NCBI GenBank assembly: GCA_013265495.1 | Contig: MU058844.1 | Coordinates: 10,376,184-10,440,183, forward strand | Direction of reading: 5' to 3' | From: Vicugna vicugna | Lineage: Eukaryota | Length of the DNA: 64,000 nt | Part shown: positions 1-12,900 of the stretch, in pieces | Position numbering within the stretch: the stretch's first letter is position 1 | Layout: each line of letters starts with the position of its first letter | The notes under the pieces: generated by a model | Seen by the model: the letters and a program-made list of their open reading frames with translations, nothing else | The model's database searches: none | What the model was told of the DNA's origin: nothing | Made by a program: the position numbers and the translations under genes

Positions 1-620
1 AAGCCATTTATTATCAACACAGTCAAAAGAGAAATGACAAATTGGGTAAAATATTTGCTACTCACATCCCAAAGAGGATATAAATTCTTTACTGAAAAGA
101 GTTTCCACAAGTTAGAAATGAAAGAAAACAAAACAACCAGCCCCCTCCCCCCACCTCACACACATAATAGAAAATCTGGCAAAGGATATAAATAGACAGT
201 TTACAAGATATAAAAATGGCCTTTAAACAGTGGGAAGACGCTCAACTTCAGTCATAAAAAGTGAATGCAAATTAGACTTATAAGATTTCATGGTTTACTT
301 ATCAGATAGGCAAGCATCATGAATCTTGACCACACACAGTGTTGTTGAAGACAGGGCCCTCTCTTTCATCGCTGAAAGGTCAGTAAACTGGTACTCTTCG
401 GAGAGGAATTTGGCAATATCTCTTAAAATTAAAACTGCACAGACTCTTTGAAATGGCAATTCCACTTTTAGGAATTTAAGCTGCACATATACTCTTGGAT
501 GTGTCAAATGGCATGTGGGCAAAAATTGCATCCCTCTAACAGCAAAATATTAGAAACAAGGTAAATTTCTATCAGTAGGGGACTGATTAAACAAATTATG
601 GTATATTCATCTGATAGAGT
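1..620 (+). mobile_element. Ancient L1 (L1M-type) ORF2-end/3' fragment
   Basis: Degenerate L1 motifs: ggcaaaggatataaatagacagttt, tgcaaatta, gcaattccacttttaggaattta. Confidence 0.7.
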
Positions 621-719
621 GCTTCTGGACCAAGAAGGAACAGGATCTCTCTGTCTCCATCTCTTCTGTAACCACTACGGCCTCTCTCCCACCTCTGCCC
701 TCCCAGGACGCCACTTTAT

Positions 720-935
720 TTTTCCCCATAGTACGTATCACCATCTGGCATACTGTGTGTGTTTCAATGTTTATTTGGGTTTTGTCTGCTTTCCTGTACC
801 ACTTCTACTAGAATATAAGTTCCATGAAGACAGAGATTTTACCTATTCTGCCATTGCTACATCCTCACGACCTAAGTATGCCTGACATACAGTAGGCACG
901 CCATAAATACTTGTCAAGTGAAAGAATAAAAGAAT
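720..935 (+). mobile_element. L2 3' end fragment
   Basis: ctagaatataagttccatgaagacagagattt...gcctgacatacagtaggcacgccataaatacttg resembles the L2 terminus. Confidence 0.7.
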
Positions 936-1148
936 AAATAAAAATGGAAAGATCTCCAAAATCTATTTTAAAGTGAAGAAAGCAAGATGCAGTAGTATTC
1001 TGTTCTTTGTATAGAAAAATTATCTATAAATGCCTGTGTGTATACACACGTGTGTGTACTTGACAATGCAGAGACTTTCTGGAAGGATATGCAGGAAGCT
1101 GGTACCAGAGGTTGTCCCTGGGAGCAGGGGAGCAGAACAGTGTGGCTC

Positions 1149-1289
1149 GGGGGAGGGTACAGCTCCAGTGGTAGAGCGCATGTTTAGCATGTGTGAGGTT
1201 CTGGGTTCAATCCTCAGGACCTCCTCTAAGAATAAATAAATAAATAAACCTATTTATTTCCCCCCACCAAAAAAAGAAAAAAGAAAAAA
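1149..1289 (+). mobile_element. tRNA-derived SINE, camelid (vic-1-like) type
   Basis: ggggagggtacagctccagtggtagagcgcatg head with A box, B box ggttcaatcc, (taaa)n spacer and A-rich tail. Confidence 0.85.
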
Positions 1290-1315
1290 CTCAATTTTTA
1301 AAACTGCTGATTTAA

Positions 1316-1859
1316 CAATAGCGAAGAAATGGAAACAACCTAAATGTCCATCAACAGATGACTGCATAAAGAAGTTGTGGTATAGTTATACAATGAAATA
1401 CTATTCAACCATAAAAATAATAAAATAATGTCATTTGCAGTAACATGGATGGACCTGGAGAATGTCATTCTAAGTGAAATAAGCCAGAAAGAGAAAGAAA
1501 AATACCATATGATATCATTCGTATGTGGAATCTAAAAAAAAAGACAAACTTATTTACAAAACAGAAACAGACTCACAGACATAGAAAACAAACTTATGGT
1601 TGCCAGTGAGGAAGGGGATGGGAAGGGATAAATTGGGAGTTCAAGATTTACAGATACTAACTACTATATATAAAATAAATAAACAAGTTTATACTGTAAA
1701 GCACAGGGAACTATATTCAATATTTTGTAGTAACATGGTTAAAAAGAACATGAAAATGAATATATGTATGTTCCTATATAAGTGAAGTATTGTGCTGTAC
1801 ACCACAAATTGACACAACATTGTAAACTGACTATACTCCAATAAAAATATTTTTTTAAA
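1316..1859 (+). mobile_element. 5'-truncated young L1 (ORF2 C-terminus plus 3'UTR)
   Basis: ggaaacaacctaaatgtccatcaacagatga and atggatggacctggag motifs, AATAAA end. TSD aaaactgctgatttaa (1300-1315) / aaatctactgatttaa (1860-1875). Confidence 0.9.
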
Positions 1860-3549
1860 AAATCTACTGATTTAAAGAATGACCTGAGGAAAGCAGAAGC
1901 TTCTGAAGGTGACAGAGAATTAATAGCCGGAGGCACAAGTGACAAACATGGAGAGGTGAGTATTCCAGGGGCAACAGGAATGGTGGGAAAGGTCTCCTGT
2001 GCCTTTGACCCTGAACTCAAGGAGCCTCATCCCTGTGCCTGCGTCCCCTCCAGCCCACATTTGCCTCCACTCCCAGCCTTCCATCCAGGGCCACCACCTC
2101 CCCCATTCCCAGGCAGCACTTTGTTTCTGTACCTTTGCGTAAGTGGTTCCATCTATTGGAATGCCCTCTGTTGTCTACTTTAAAAAAATCTTCCATTCCT
2201 TCTTGGTGAAGCCATCTTTCCACAGTCTGTGCTCCCACAGTGACTGGTTCTCATTTCTATTTAAAATGAAGTACCATCATTTTGTTTATAAGTCTTTTAA
2301 TATAAATACTCTTTTGGTGTCTTTCGCCTTTGTACCCTATTGCTTAAAGGGTAATTTGCACGGAACAAGCCCGACACCCAGTAGACACACCCCTAAAATG
2401 TTCATTGAGTAAATGACTCTAATCCTTTTCTTCACGGAGCTTATATACTGACTTTAAAATTAGGAGGAGCAATCGCTGTTGGAAGATGAAGGGACTACCC
2501 CGCTATGGAATGGCCTTAGAAAATGCTGGTCTTTGTACACTGAAGTTAGAGTAGAATGCCCACCAATAAAACTGCCTTGGGGGAATTAAACTTTTAAAAA
2601 AATTGGCTAAATGGACCTTGCAGCGATATGCAAATTCACCTGAAAGAGGTCTGACCAATCAGTCAGGACCGTAACCAGAGGAACGTCATTAGCATATACA
2701 AAGGAAGAATGTGTCCATCAGCAGCAGAGTCAGCAGCCCCCTTAGCAAACAAGAGTCGGAATGCAAAGGTCCTGGGGAGAGCCATTCTGTTCTGTGCGGC
2801 TTGGCAGGACTCTCCTTATTTTTAAGATAAATGTCTCAGGCTCTCTTAGCAGAAGCCAGTACACACTGGATTCCTCAAATCAACCCCTCTTGCTCATTTT
2901 CCATATTTACCAAGGAAGCTTCCAGTTACGCTTCCACTCCCATGTAGGTCTGCCTTCTTGGAGGATACACGCTGTTCGTGATGACTTTAACATTCCTGTG
3001 TTTCTGACCTTCATACTTTTCATTATAAATTGAGTTCTTTGGTCCTTAGACAAATGTAGCCAGGGCAAGTGGGCTACAGTAATGTGACTGTGTCCCTGAG
3101 ACATTAATAAGCTCTTTAACTGCTGATAAAATCTGAGTTCTGAATCTGCAAAGCTGAGGATCAAAGGCTGGCTGTGGTACAGACGCCAGGGAATATTCCC
3201 CACCCCAAACCGTCCCCATCTCCCAAGTAAAGCCCTGGGAGACAGTCAGCATACTTCCAGGGCAACCTTAGGACAGCCGTCCTGCCTGTGTGCTGTTTGA
3301 CAGATATTTGTATACAGAGCACCTGCTGTGTGTCACATACAGTAATGCAAAGGCAGAGAGGAAAGGGGCTTCTCAGGGAGCCCACGTCATGTGGCTTATC
3401 TAGTCCAGTTGTTTTTCACCCTAAGAAGCACTGATTATAAAGCCCTAATATTCTGAGAAGATCAAAACAAATCTTTCACAGAAAAATGCACAGAAACTGA
3501 GTGTTCGAATTGCTTATTTTATTGCACTGAAAATTAATTCCTTTGACAT

Positions 3550-3770
3550 ATAAGGATGAGCTCTGGAATCAGACAGATATGTGCTGAAATATTTGGCTTT
3601 ATCACATACTAACTGTGTGGCACTGGACAAGTCACACAGTCTCTCTCAATTTTCTGATCTGCTAAAGGGAAGTAATATTAGTGCTCCCCTCACAGGGTTC
3701 AGTTAGACACTGTATCTGAAGTGACAGCACAGTGCTTAGCTTGTCATAAACAGTAAATAACTGCTATAAA
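3550..3770 (+). mobile_element. MIR SINE
   Basis: ctctggaatcagacag...actaactgtgtggcactggacaagtcac resembles the MIR core. Confidence 0.7.
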
Positions 3771-5369
3771 TGTTAATATGCAAAATGTTCTTTTCATTAA
3801 TTTGAATTAAATCCAAGTGTCTATAAAATGAAAGGCAACCTCAACTTTATTCAATAGTAAATTCCAGTGAAAGGTTGCTTTTGATTTGAATAAGAGGTTG
3901 GGTTATGTCATCTATGTCCCCCATTTAATTTCTTTTTTTTTTTTAATACGGCAAAAAGTTCTCAAAATATGGGCTTAATATAGGTCAAAGGACATATAGC
4001 AAGACTGAGTTGAATTCATTCCTCCCCCTCATCGTTGTAAATCAATGGAACCATCTTGGGTGAGATGTATATCACTGAAGCTTTCTGTGGACCGAAAAGG
4101 ATGATTAATTCATGTTTCAATTTTAAAGTCGTGTAAGCAGAAGTAACATTCAAAAGAATGTTATGGTGTTTGCAGGTATGGAAAGTTTCTGCTTGCAGAG
4201 AAACTAAGAAGACTTTCTCTGTGGGCTTCACACCGCAGAAAGTCCTTCCTCCTCATTGGAAAGTTTACATTGTTGTTTGCATTCTCTTGTCCCTTCCCAA
4301 CAAGGCGGCTGAGCTGTAAGAGTTGGTGGGGTTTCTTTTAGCAGCATCCATAATGCTCTGTTTAGGACCTTGAATCAAAATATTTACCTTATTCTCATGG
4401 TCAAAGACACCTATGATGTAACAAAACCAGGAATGAGCACCTCCCAGTTAAACTGTTCTGAGAAGGCTTTCTCTCTCTCACTTCCTTTCTCTCCGTCTCT
4501 CTGTCCCACTCTACTGAGCACACATATGACTTATGCATGAAGTTCAATCACATATTTTAAGATGTGTTCTTTGGGAAGTCGGCTTCCTACTCCGACCGAT
4601 TTTCTAGTCAAAATTTCTTGAAAAGATTGAGATCAGGACCAGGCTGTATAAAAGTCATCGGCATTCACAGCCATAGACAAGACTCCTTTCAGAACTGCTG
4701 GCACAGCTCCAGTCTTGTTGATGCTGAGAGCAATGGGTCATGACAACGCATGGAGTGTCTTCAGCAAAGCAGCCCAACCAAATGTGTTAGCGAGCTCAGG
4801 TTCTCCACCTGTGCCCAGAGAACCAAAACGTTCCGTCCACACAAAGTTTTCCTGGACAAAGATATGTTTTCACTATTTGGAAAATGATAAGGGCTTGTCA
4901 AGTCTTCAAAAGGGGATCAGAAAAATTGGAATAGTTCTTCAGTGTGCAGATGAAGAGTGATAATCAAAGAGCTGATTACAGCGAGAGGCAGTAGTTTCAT
5001 CCAGTTCTTGCCTGTTTTGAAGGAAAGTGGTTTAGGAGCCAGTGTAAGGATCTGTTTCCAGATACTAAAAGAAAAATCAGTGATGCTCAAGGAAATTGTG
5101 CCTTTTGAAATTAGCATGGCTCCCGTTTTCTTCTTTGCCCCACGCCATAAACCATTTCAGATATGTCCAAGGTATGTGGCTTCATTAAGTTTTCTATAAC
5201 TTTGTGTCCTCTTTTGCTTGGCCTAAAAAGGGGGGATATTTTAAGGTTGCCCCAAGACATGTTGGGCAATTCAATTGTGTTAAATTTTCAGACTTTAAAA
5301 ATCAAGCCTTTTCTTATGAAACTATTTATACAAGCCCAGGCATTTTCATTTAAAATTTGCTTTAAATTG

Positions 5370-5910
5370 TAGTGTATTTCAAACATACAAAAGTACAGAA
5401 AATAATATAACAAATAGCCTAGGTAGCCCCCTACTGAGATTTAACAAATGTTAATGTCTTGCAACGTTTGTCTTAGATCTCTTTTCTTTTTGAAGAAATG
5501 AAACGTAAATAACAACATTACAGCTCCTGTACCTTTTCCCTCCATCTAGTCTCAGAAATAACTAATGTGCTGAATTTGAGGTATTTGTGATTGTATTACA
5601 AAAATAAGTATCTGTAAATATATATATATATTATTGTACCTTTTAGAAATTTATGAGTAGTATCATACTTTACATATCCATTTGAAACTGGCTTTTAATG
5701 ATATTTCTGAGGGCCATAAATGTTCTATTGTACTAATAAACTATAATTTATATATCCACTCTCCTGCTAACTGCAAGTAGTTTTTCCGTTTTCTTCGCTG
5801 TTATACTTAGTGTTGCAATGAACATTTATGTCCACGTGTCCCTGTGTACACGTCAAGGTTTCTCTCGGAATGTAATTGCTGGACTGTCAGGAAATCACAT
5901 CTTCATCTTA
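5370..5910 (-). mobile_element. Ancient L1 3' fragment
   Basis: atttcaaacatacaaaagtacagaaaataatataacaaa...gttgcaatgaacattt resembles an antisense L1M 3' region. Confidence 0.55.
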
Positions 5911-5924
5911 ACCAGGTGAAAGGG

Positions 5925-6105
5925 CAAACACTCTGTTCCTTTACTCTCAACACTTCTGACAACAAATGTGTGTGCTGTTGTCCCACACTAACCAATTCTC
6001 CTACTTTCTGGACACCAACAGAAAGTCTTACAATTCACTGATGACACTAACTACCCAGAGTTAGCACAGACCCCACAGATCAGTGGCTCAGTCCCAGAAG
6101 GCTGC
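5925..6105. mobile_element. LTR fragment (MER21-like)
   Basis: acacttctgacaacaaatgtgtg...gacactaactacccagagttagcacagaccccacag...gctcagtccc; family assignment from memory. Confidence 0.55.
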
Positions 6106-6219
6106 AACAGTGAGTAAAGATAACTCTTCCAGGAATTTCGACTGTGAATGAGAACAGAGAAACAGGGCACTGACCAGATTAGACTCTAGAGTCAAGGAAA
6201 GTTTTTTTCTTTAGGAGGG

Positions 6220-6736
6220 TGTAGTGGTCCGAATAATGGCCCCAAAGAGTTCCAGGCCCTAATCTCTGAAACCTGTCAATATTAGTTACCTGGCAAAAGA
6301 GAATTAATATTGAAGATAGAATTAAGGTTGCTAAGCAGCTGACTTGTAAACAGAGTATCCTGGATTATCCAGGTGGTCCCAATATAATCACAGGATCCCT
6401 AAAAGTGGAAAAGAGGCAACAGAGGGAATCATAAGGGTATGTGACTATGGAAGAAAGGCACAGAGAGACCCAGGCCCTGCTGGCTTCGAAGATGAGGGAA
6501 AAGCACCAAGAGCCAAGGAATGTGTGTGGCCTCTTGAAGCTGGAAAGGGCAAGGAAATGGATTCTTCCAGAGAGCCTCCAGAAAGGAATGCAGCTCTGCC
6601 GGTTCCTTCATTTTAGCCCAGTAAGACCCATCCATGTAGAACGTCTATCTACAGACCTGTAAGATGACAAAGTTACGTTGTTTAAGATGCTAGGAGTGTG
6701 GAAATTTGTTACCATGGTAAATAGAAAACGAATACA
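6220..6736 (+). mobile_element. MaLR solo LTR (MLT1D-like)
   Basis: TG...CA termini, perfect 5-bp TSD GAGGG (6215-6219 and 6737-6741), and MLT1 motifs atcctggattatccaggtgg and ctggaaagggcaaggaaatggattct. Confidence 0.9.
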
Positions 6737-7920
6737 GAGGGGATTACTAGAGCTCATTTGTATGTTGAACAGAATGATTTAATAAAGAAGAAATTAATTT
6801 TACACAAGAGGAGAGTGTCATTGTAGGAGCCAAGTCCTAGAAAGGGGAAAGATACAGATGACAGGACTGCTCTGAAAGGAGTCGAGAACTTCATCTACAA
6901 GTAAGAAGGCAGAGAGCAGATCCAGATAGAGGAGAGTGGGGAGAGTTGTCTTAGCAAGACGAGGGGCCCCACCTTGGTAGGTCTCAATTTAGTCAATGAC
7001 GTATGAAGAAGGCAAACCCATCAACTAAGAGTGAGGGTGAGATGAGATTCTGGAGGTTTAAGGGACTATGTGAACTAGTCTGTTTGCAGCACTGGAGAGC
7101 AAGCCTTCTAAGACTTGCATGATTGTCAGACAGTGTGGGCTGCCCAGTTCAGACTATGGTCATGCATTTGAGTTTGGAGGTGCACTGACTGGTGATGACA
7201 AAGGGCCTGAATCTGGGAATGCCTGGCTAAAGAAGGGTAAAGAGGAAATGGTTATTGGAAGGGAGGAGCTCAAGTATCTGAGATGCCAAAAGATTGAATA
7301 GATTATTTTGTATATGTTATCACTAAGAACTGACATAAATAAATACGAGAAGAGGACAGTCAGCCAGGAGCTAAGGTCCTTAGTAAATTGGAGTGATGGG
7401 AGGGTGGTTGATGACACAACAAGGAGGTTGCTTCTGGACAGGGCAAGTCTGACAGCATTAAATCCAGTCTGTGGGAGATTCTTCCAGTCATCAGGCGTGA
7501 AAAATCAGCAGAGGAGTGTTTTCATTGATGTCTAGTCAAATCAGATGTTCTCTCCTATCAAGAATATATTCTGGAATTCAAGGTTTAAAATTATACATGC
7601 CCAATAGGCTATTTTCCTTTCTGACGAGCATATATGGAATAGAATTTACCAGAGTTCCTGTGTTTATGGTGCACAAATCTATATGTTTGTACTACAAATG
7701 GAGGCTACATCTGTGTATGAAGTCAGATATCTTATGCATCCATAAATAATAAAATCAATATAAAAATCCAGATAAAGTAGTAGTATGGAAATATGTCAGA
7801 GAGTAAATTAATAAAAAAATTCAGGTTGTTTTTCTGGATTTTTGTGATGTTTATGGCATTTTTCAATTTGTTACAATATATAATTTTTTAAAATTTCATG
7901 CTCATTCTAAATATTTATTT

Positions 7921-8074
7921 TTTTTATCTTTTTCTTCTTTTTTTTTTTTCTTTGCAGGGAGGAGGTAATTAGGTTCATCTATTTATTTAGTTTTTTGATG
8001 GAGGTACTGGGGATTGAACCCAGGACCTCATGCATGCTAAGCATGTTTTCTACCACTTGAGCTATACCCTCCCC
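7921..8074 (-). mobile_element. Camelid-type tRNA-derived SINE
   Basis: ggggattgaacccaggacctc...taccacttgagctataccctcccc preceded by a T-rich tail. Confidence 0.85.
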
Positions 8075-8285
8075 TCACCTATTCTTTTTCTTGAAGAAGG
8101 TCCCCTAAGTTTTATAAGCTTCAGGCACCACAAAAGAATAAGATCTTTCCTGAATAGGCCACAAATCTGGCCTAAGATTACCAGTAGTCAATTAAAAAAG
8201 GGAAACTCTCTAAGCTATAAAACACGTAGTTTTATTATGGTTAAAAAAAATAGTAACACAAGGAAATAAAATTCTTTTTAAAACT

Positions 8286-8412
8286 TTTGTATTTATTTTG
8301 TATTTTTTTGTAGGGAGGAGGTGATTAGATTTACTTATTTATTTTTAGAGAAAGTACTGGGGATTGTGTATGCTAAGCATGCGCTGTACCGTTTGAGTTA
8401 TACCCTCCCCCC
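8286..8412 (-). mobile_element. Camelid-type SINE with internal deletion across the B box
   Basis: ggggattg joined directly to tgtatgctaagcatgcgc...taccctcccc; the aacccaggacctc segment of the other copies is absent. Confidence 0.8.
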
Positions 8413-8699
8413 AGCAATTCTTAATATGAATGTCAGGCATTTTTTCCTGGGAATATTATGTAATGTAATGGGCCACATTTTCTTAAACAGCCTACAGAAA
8501 ATACAACACATTTCACTGAGCTGTTTCTAATAGTATCAATTAATAGGGGCTTATGCTGTAATTCAGTGAGGGGGAAATCAGAGGCAGGGGTCTCTTTATC
8601 CCAGATTAGATGTCAGGGTATCTGGAAATCTGCAAAATGGATAGATCAGACCTCCTGTTAAACACAACCGATTGAACGCACATGTTTACTCCCTCAAGT

Positions 8700-10950
8700 A
8701 ACTTCGCTAAAACAAAAGTAAGGTGATAAACCAGTAACAAAAAAAGAGGGTGAGAGATGAGAACAAAATTGTGGAAGATAAGGAAGAGGAAAAACAGATG
8801 TTAGCAGAGAAGAGAAAGGTGAGTTCTAACCACCTGCAAGGGGCAACGCCAGCAAGAAGGAATCCTTTCTGTCGTGAAGAAAGCTCAGAAATCAGAGGCA
8901 GCAGCATAAGCTTCTGAGAGAGAGGAAAGAATGGTGGTAAAAACAGAAAGGTTAGTTGAAAATCTGCATAAGGGACAGTTAGAGTCTCAATTCTCAATTC
9001 TCAAGTGCTTCCGGCAAGGCCCAGAAGCAAGGAGGCTGTTTCTCCTGATCCCGGCAGGGGACTGGAAGGTTCTTCTTCGGAGTTGTTGAATTAAAATGTA
9101 CTGAACTTGAGCACACCATAGGGACGGAGTGAAACCTGAATATTGAGGAAGGAGACTCCCCTAGTCTGCTTACTTGAAACAGTTGACAACTGGCAACAGG
9201 CAGAAACAGAGTTTCTCTCAGGCAAACTGATCTGGCCAAGAGAATAGCCCTGTAGATACTCTTGACAGTTGACACATGCCTCCAAAAAATGTCTAGATCC
9301 ACACCCCAGCCCCCTAAATGGGGACCAGTAGTCAACAAGCTCTGCCTTTTCACGGAAAAGCATCCAATCAGCTCTTCAAAGCTTCAGTCTTAAAAATGAA
9401 CAGCAGAGTCACGAGGAAATCCTCTGGCATGAAAGATGAAGGCTAAAACAAAGAGAAAAAAGGCAACATATAGGTGAGAGACACAGTGCGGGACTAGCAG
9501 AAGAAAAGTTAAATTAATTTCCTCAGGGAGAAAAAAGATGATGAATCTGACACAAGAACACAATAAAATGGAAGAAGGACATACAGAGGCTAAGAGAACA
9601 CTGAAAAATGGTGGCAGATACAAAACAATTCAAAAGAAAGATTGGCAAATCAGATGGAGGAAGTTTCACTGAAAGTAGAAAAACATGTCAAGAGATGGAA
9701 ACTAGGAGGGAAAAGATTAGACATTTATGGGAAAACTCTTAGAAGTTCAAAATCTATTTAACAAGAATTCCAGAAAGAGAAAACAGAAGGAAAGGGTTAC
9801 CAAAGGTATAAGATAAGGACATTTCCCACCTGAAGGGCAGTGGCAGATTTAAAGGACCCACTGAGTGCCTAACATAATAATGAAAAAAAAAAATCAGGAC
9901 AAATCTTCAAGATATTTCAGAAGATCTGGGTAAGAAGTTCCAAAAACTTCCAGAGAGAAAATACAAAGGAGTCAGAATGACATGGGTTTTCTCACCTACA
10001 ACTCTGTAAACCTAAAGACAATATGGTGCTATCTTCAAAATTATAAAGGAAAATGATTTCCAGCCTAGAGTTCTATGCCTCACCAAACTGTTAACCATTG
10101 TGCAGATACATTAAAAACGTTTGCTTACACGTAAGTTCTCCAAGAATGTGTAATCCTATTTCCCGAGGATACCAAAGAAGTACTCCACTAATGTGAAGAG
10201 AAAAGAAAGAGGACAGTGTGGGATTCAGGAAACAAGGAGTCTGCACAGGAGATGATTACCAGGTTGTTAGGGAAGCATAGTCCCAGGATGACCATGTAGC
10301 AATGAGCCTTAAAGTCAGTCCAGACCAGAGCAGCGGATGAAGGGCTTTAGAAGACATATCTCCAAGCTAAAGAGACAGAAGGAACAGATCATCTGACACA
10401 ATTAACTGCATTGAGAGGAGGAAGTTTGGGTGTAAATTTGTGACAGATATATAGAAAAAGAAGCCAATGATTTAAAAAAAAAAAAAAGAAAGGCAAGTTT
10501 TAACTGTAGGAAAAAAATAATTGTGCAACAAGAAAAAAGGTGTTAAAAAAAAAGGAAAGCAATCGTAGTACACTGCATGGCTCAGTTGTGAACATTTGCG
10601 AAGTCATAACTATAAACATGAAATGTTTATTCAGTAAAAATTGCAGTATAAATATAGCAAGAATTTAAGAATATGAAAGGTGTATGTGTAAGTTCAAGGA
10701 TAAGAAAACTAAATTTTCTTCCTCTGTATCAAGAAGTCAATAAAGAATGTACGAAAATGGAGAAACCAGGTAGAAGCTAGCAAGTGAGGGCATTAAAAAA
10801 TAAATAGGAAGATCTATATTAGCAGAAATAGTTATAAGAGTTCAAAGTTCTGGGTAGGATTTTGAGAGTGGGAAGGTTAGGTAGAGGATTGCTGTCTTTT
10901 GTTATGATCCTTATAGAACTGAAGTATTTAACCATTAAGACTATGTACAT
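8700..10950 (+). mobile_element. Ancient HAL1 / L1 ORF1-like element
   Basis: Purine-rich ORF1-like remnants (gaattccagaaagagaaaacaga, ggaaaatgatttccagcctagagttctat) followed by a long A-rich region with no ORF2 signature. Boundaries approximate. Confidence 0.6.
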
Positions 10951-11141
10951 GTATTATTTTAATTTTAGAGGGTGAATTGCATATGTCCCAGAAATATTTG
11001 CATTGAAGGTAAATCACTTCTCAATATCATATTAATTATTTCAACATATACAAATAGGCTGTACCACATTATGCCTGGAAGACATTAAGTAAGACAACAT
11101 TTAGAATCAGTTTCATTCTGACATATTAAAATGAACCTTTT

Positions 11142-12158
11142 TTTAAATATACATTTTTTTTATCGAAGTATAGTCAGTTTACAATGTTGTGTCCATTTCT
11201 GGTGTATCACACAATGCTTCAGTCACACATGAACATACATATATTCATTTTCATATTCCTTTTCAGTATAAGTTACTACAAGATATTGAATATAGTTCCC
11301 TATGCTATACAGTATGAACTTGTTTATCTATTTTATATATGTGAGTATCTGTAAATCTCAAACTCCCAATTTATCTCTTCCCACCACTTTCCCCATCTGG
11401 TAACCACAAGTTTGTTTTCTATGTCTGTGAGTCTGTTTCTATTTTGTAAATAAGTTTGTCTTTTTTTTTTTTTTTTTAGATTCCACATATAAGTGATGTC
11501 ATATGGTATTTGTCTTTCTCTTTCTGGCTTACTTCACCTAGACTGACAATCTCCCGGTCCCTCCATGTTACTGCAAATGGTATTATTTTATTATTTATGG
11601 TTCAATAGTATTCCATTGTATAAATATACCTCAGCTTCTTTATCCAGTCATCTGTCGATGGACATTTAGGTTGTTCCATGTCTTGGCTATTGTAACTAGT
11701 GCTGCTATGAACATTGCGGTGCATGTATCTTTTTGAATTAAGGTTCCCTCTGGATATATGCCCAGGAGTGGGATTGCTGGATCATACAGCAAGTCTATTT
11801 TTAGCCTTTTGAGGAATCTTCATACTGTTTTCCATAATGGCTGCACCAAACTACATTCCCACCAACAGTGTAGGAAGGTTTCCTTTTCTTCACACCCTCG
11901 CCACTCAGCATTTATCATTTGTGGACTTTTGAATAATGGCCACTCTGACTAGTGTGAGGTGATACCTCATTGTAGTTTTGATTTACATTTCTCTGATTAG
12001 TGATATTGAGCATATTTTCCATGTCCTTATTGGCAATTTGTATGTCTTCATTGGAGAACTGCTTGTTTAGGTCTTCTGCCCATTTTTAGATTGGGTTTTT
12101 AAAAAATTTTTTATTAAGGTGTATGAGCTGTTTATATATTCTGGAAATTAAGCCTTTG
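11142..12158 (-). mobile_element. 5'-truncated young L1 (~1 kb)
   Basis: Antisense ORF2 end (cccaggagtgggattgctggatcat, gtgaggtgatacctcattgtagttttgattt). TSD ttaaaatgaa[c/t]ctttt at 11126 and 12159. Confidence 0.92.
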
Positions 12159-12257
12159 TTAAAATGAATCTTTTTATTTGTTTTCTTAGTATCACCGTAT
12201 TTCCCCTTTATTATTAAGGACAAGTGTAACACCAAAATTAGCTATTTTAGGCTTGCT

Positions 12258-12456
12258 CAGAAGTTCTCAACTGGGGAAGATTTTGCCCTCCAGGAAATAC
12301 TTGGCAAATTCAAAACTAGGGGTGGGGGACAGATACTGGTAGGTAACTAGAAGCCAAGGATGCTGCTAAACATCCTATAATAGATGGAACAACGCCCCCC
12401 TACCCAAAGAATTATCCACTCCCAAATATCAGTAATGCTGTAGTTGGGAAACCAAG
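12258..12456. mobile_element. MER20-like hAT MITE
   Basis: gttctcaactggggaagattttgccc...gccaaggatgctgctaaacatcctataat...gttgggaaacc. Confidence 0.8.
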
Positions 12457-12739
12457 CTCCGAGTCTTTGAGGCTTATTTCATCAGAACACTATACACAAA
12501 GATTGATGACATGTAAACATGGCAATTTAGGACTGACTCAGCTAAATATCTTGATGCAATGTTGGCAGCCATCTGGCTGTGAAATGTATCTTTGGGAATA
12601 TTGAGAATGGTAAGGTAAAGACAGAAGGTATAATAAACGATAACGATAATACACACTGCTTTGTACCTCAATCATCTCTTTCATCCATGGTTCCTAGGGC
12701 ACTTTATAGACTAATAATAACTACCCTGGTACTCACATC

Positions 12740-12900
12740 CTACCTTTTATCTAAGGATCTCAGGCACTTTCACAACCCTCTCACAGAGCAGGAAGTATTA
12801 TTATCCCCATTTTATATGTAAGTAAACAGAGGCACAGAAGTTAAGCAACTTGCCCAAAGTCACACAAGTCAGTAGTAGCCAACATTCCTGACTCAGCACC
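12740..12900 (-). mobile_element. MIR SINE
   Basis: attatccccatttt...aaacagaggcacagaagttaagcaacttgcccaaagtcacaca. Confidence 0.8.

Noticed and set aside
1149..1225. Possible tRNA-Ala gene (and the four similar copies)
   Set aside because: Degenerate stems and attached (taaa)n/poly(A) tails identify them as SINEs.
11758..11952. [18 protein letters not shown]... and other 60-110 aa ORFs in repeats
   Set aside because: Antisense translations of L1, MLT or MIR sequence or chance ORFs, with no exon support.
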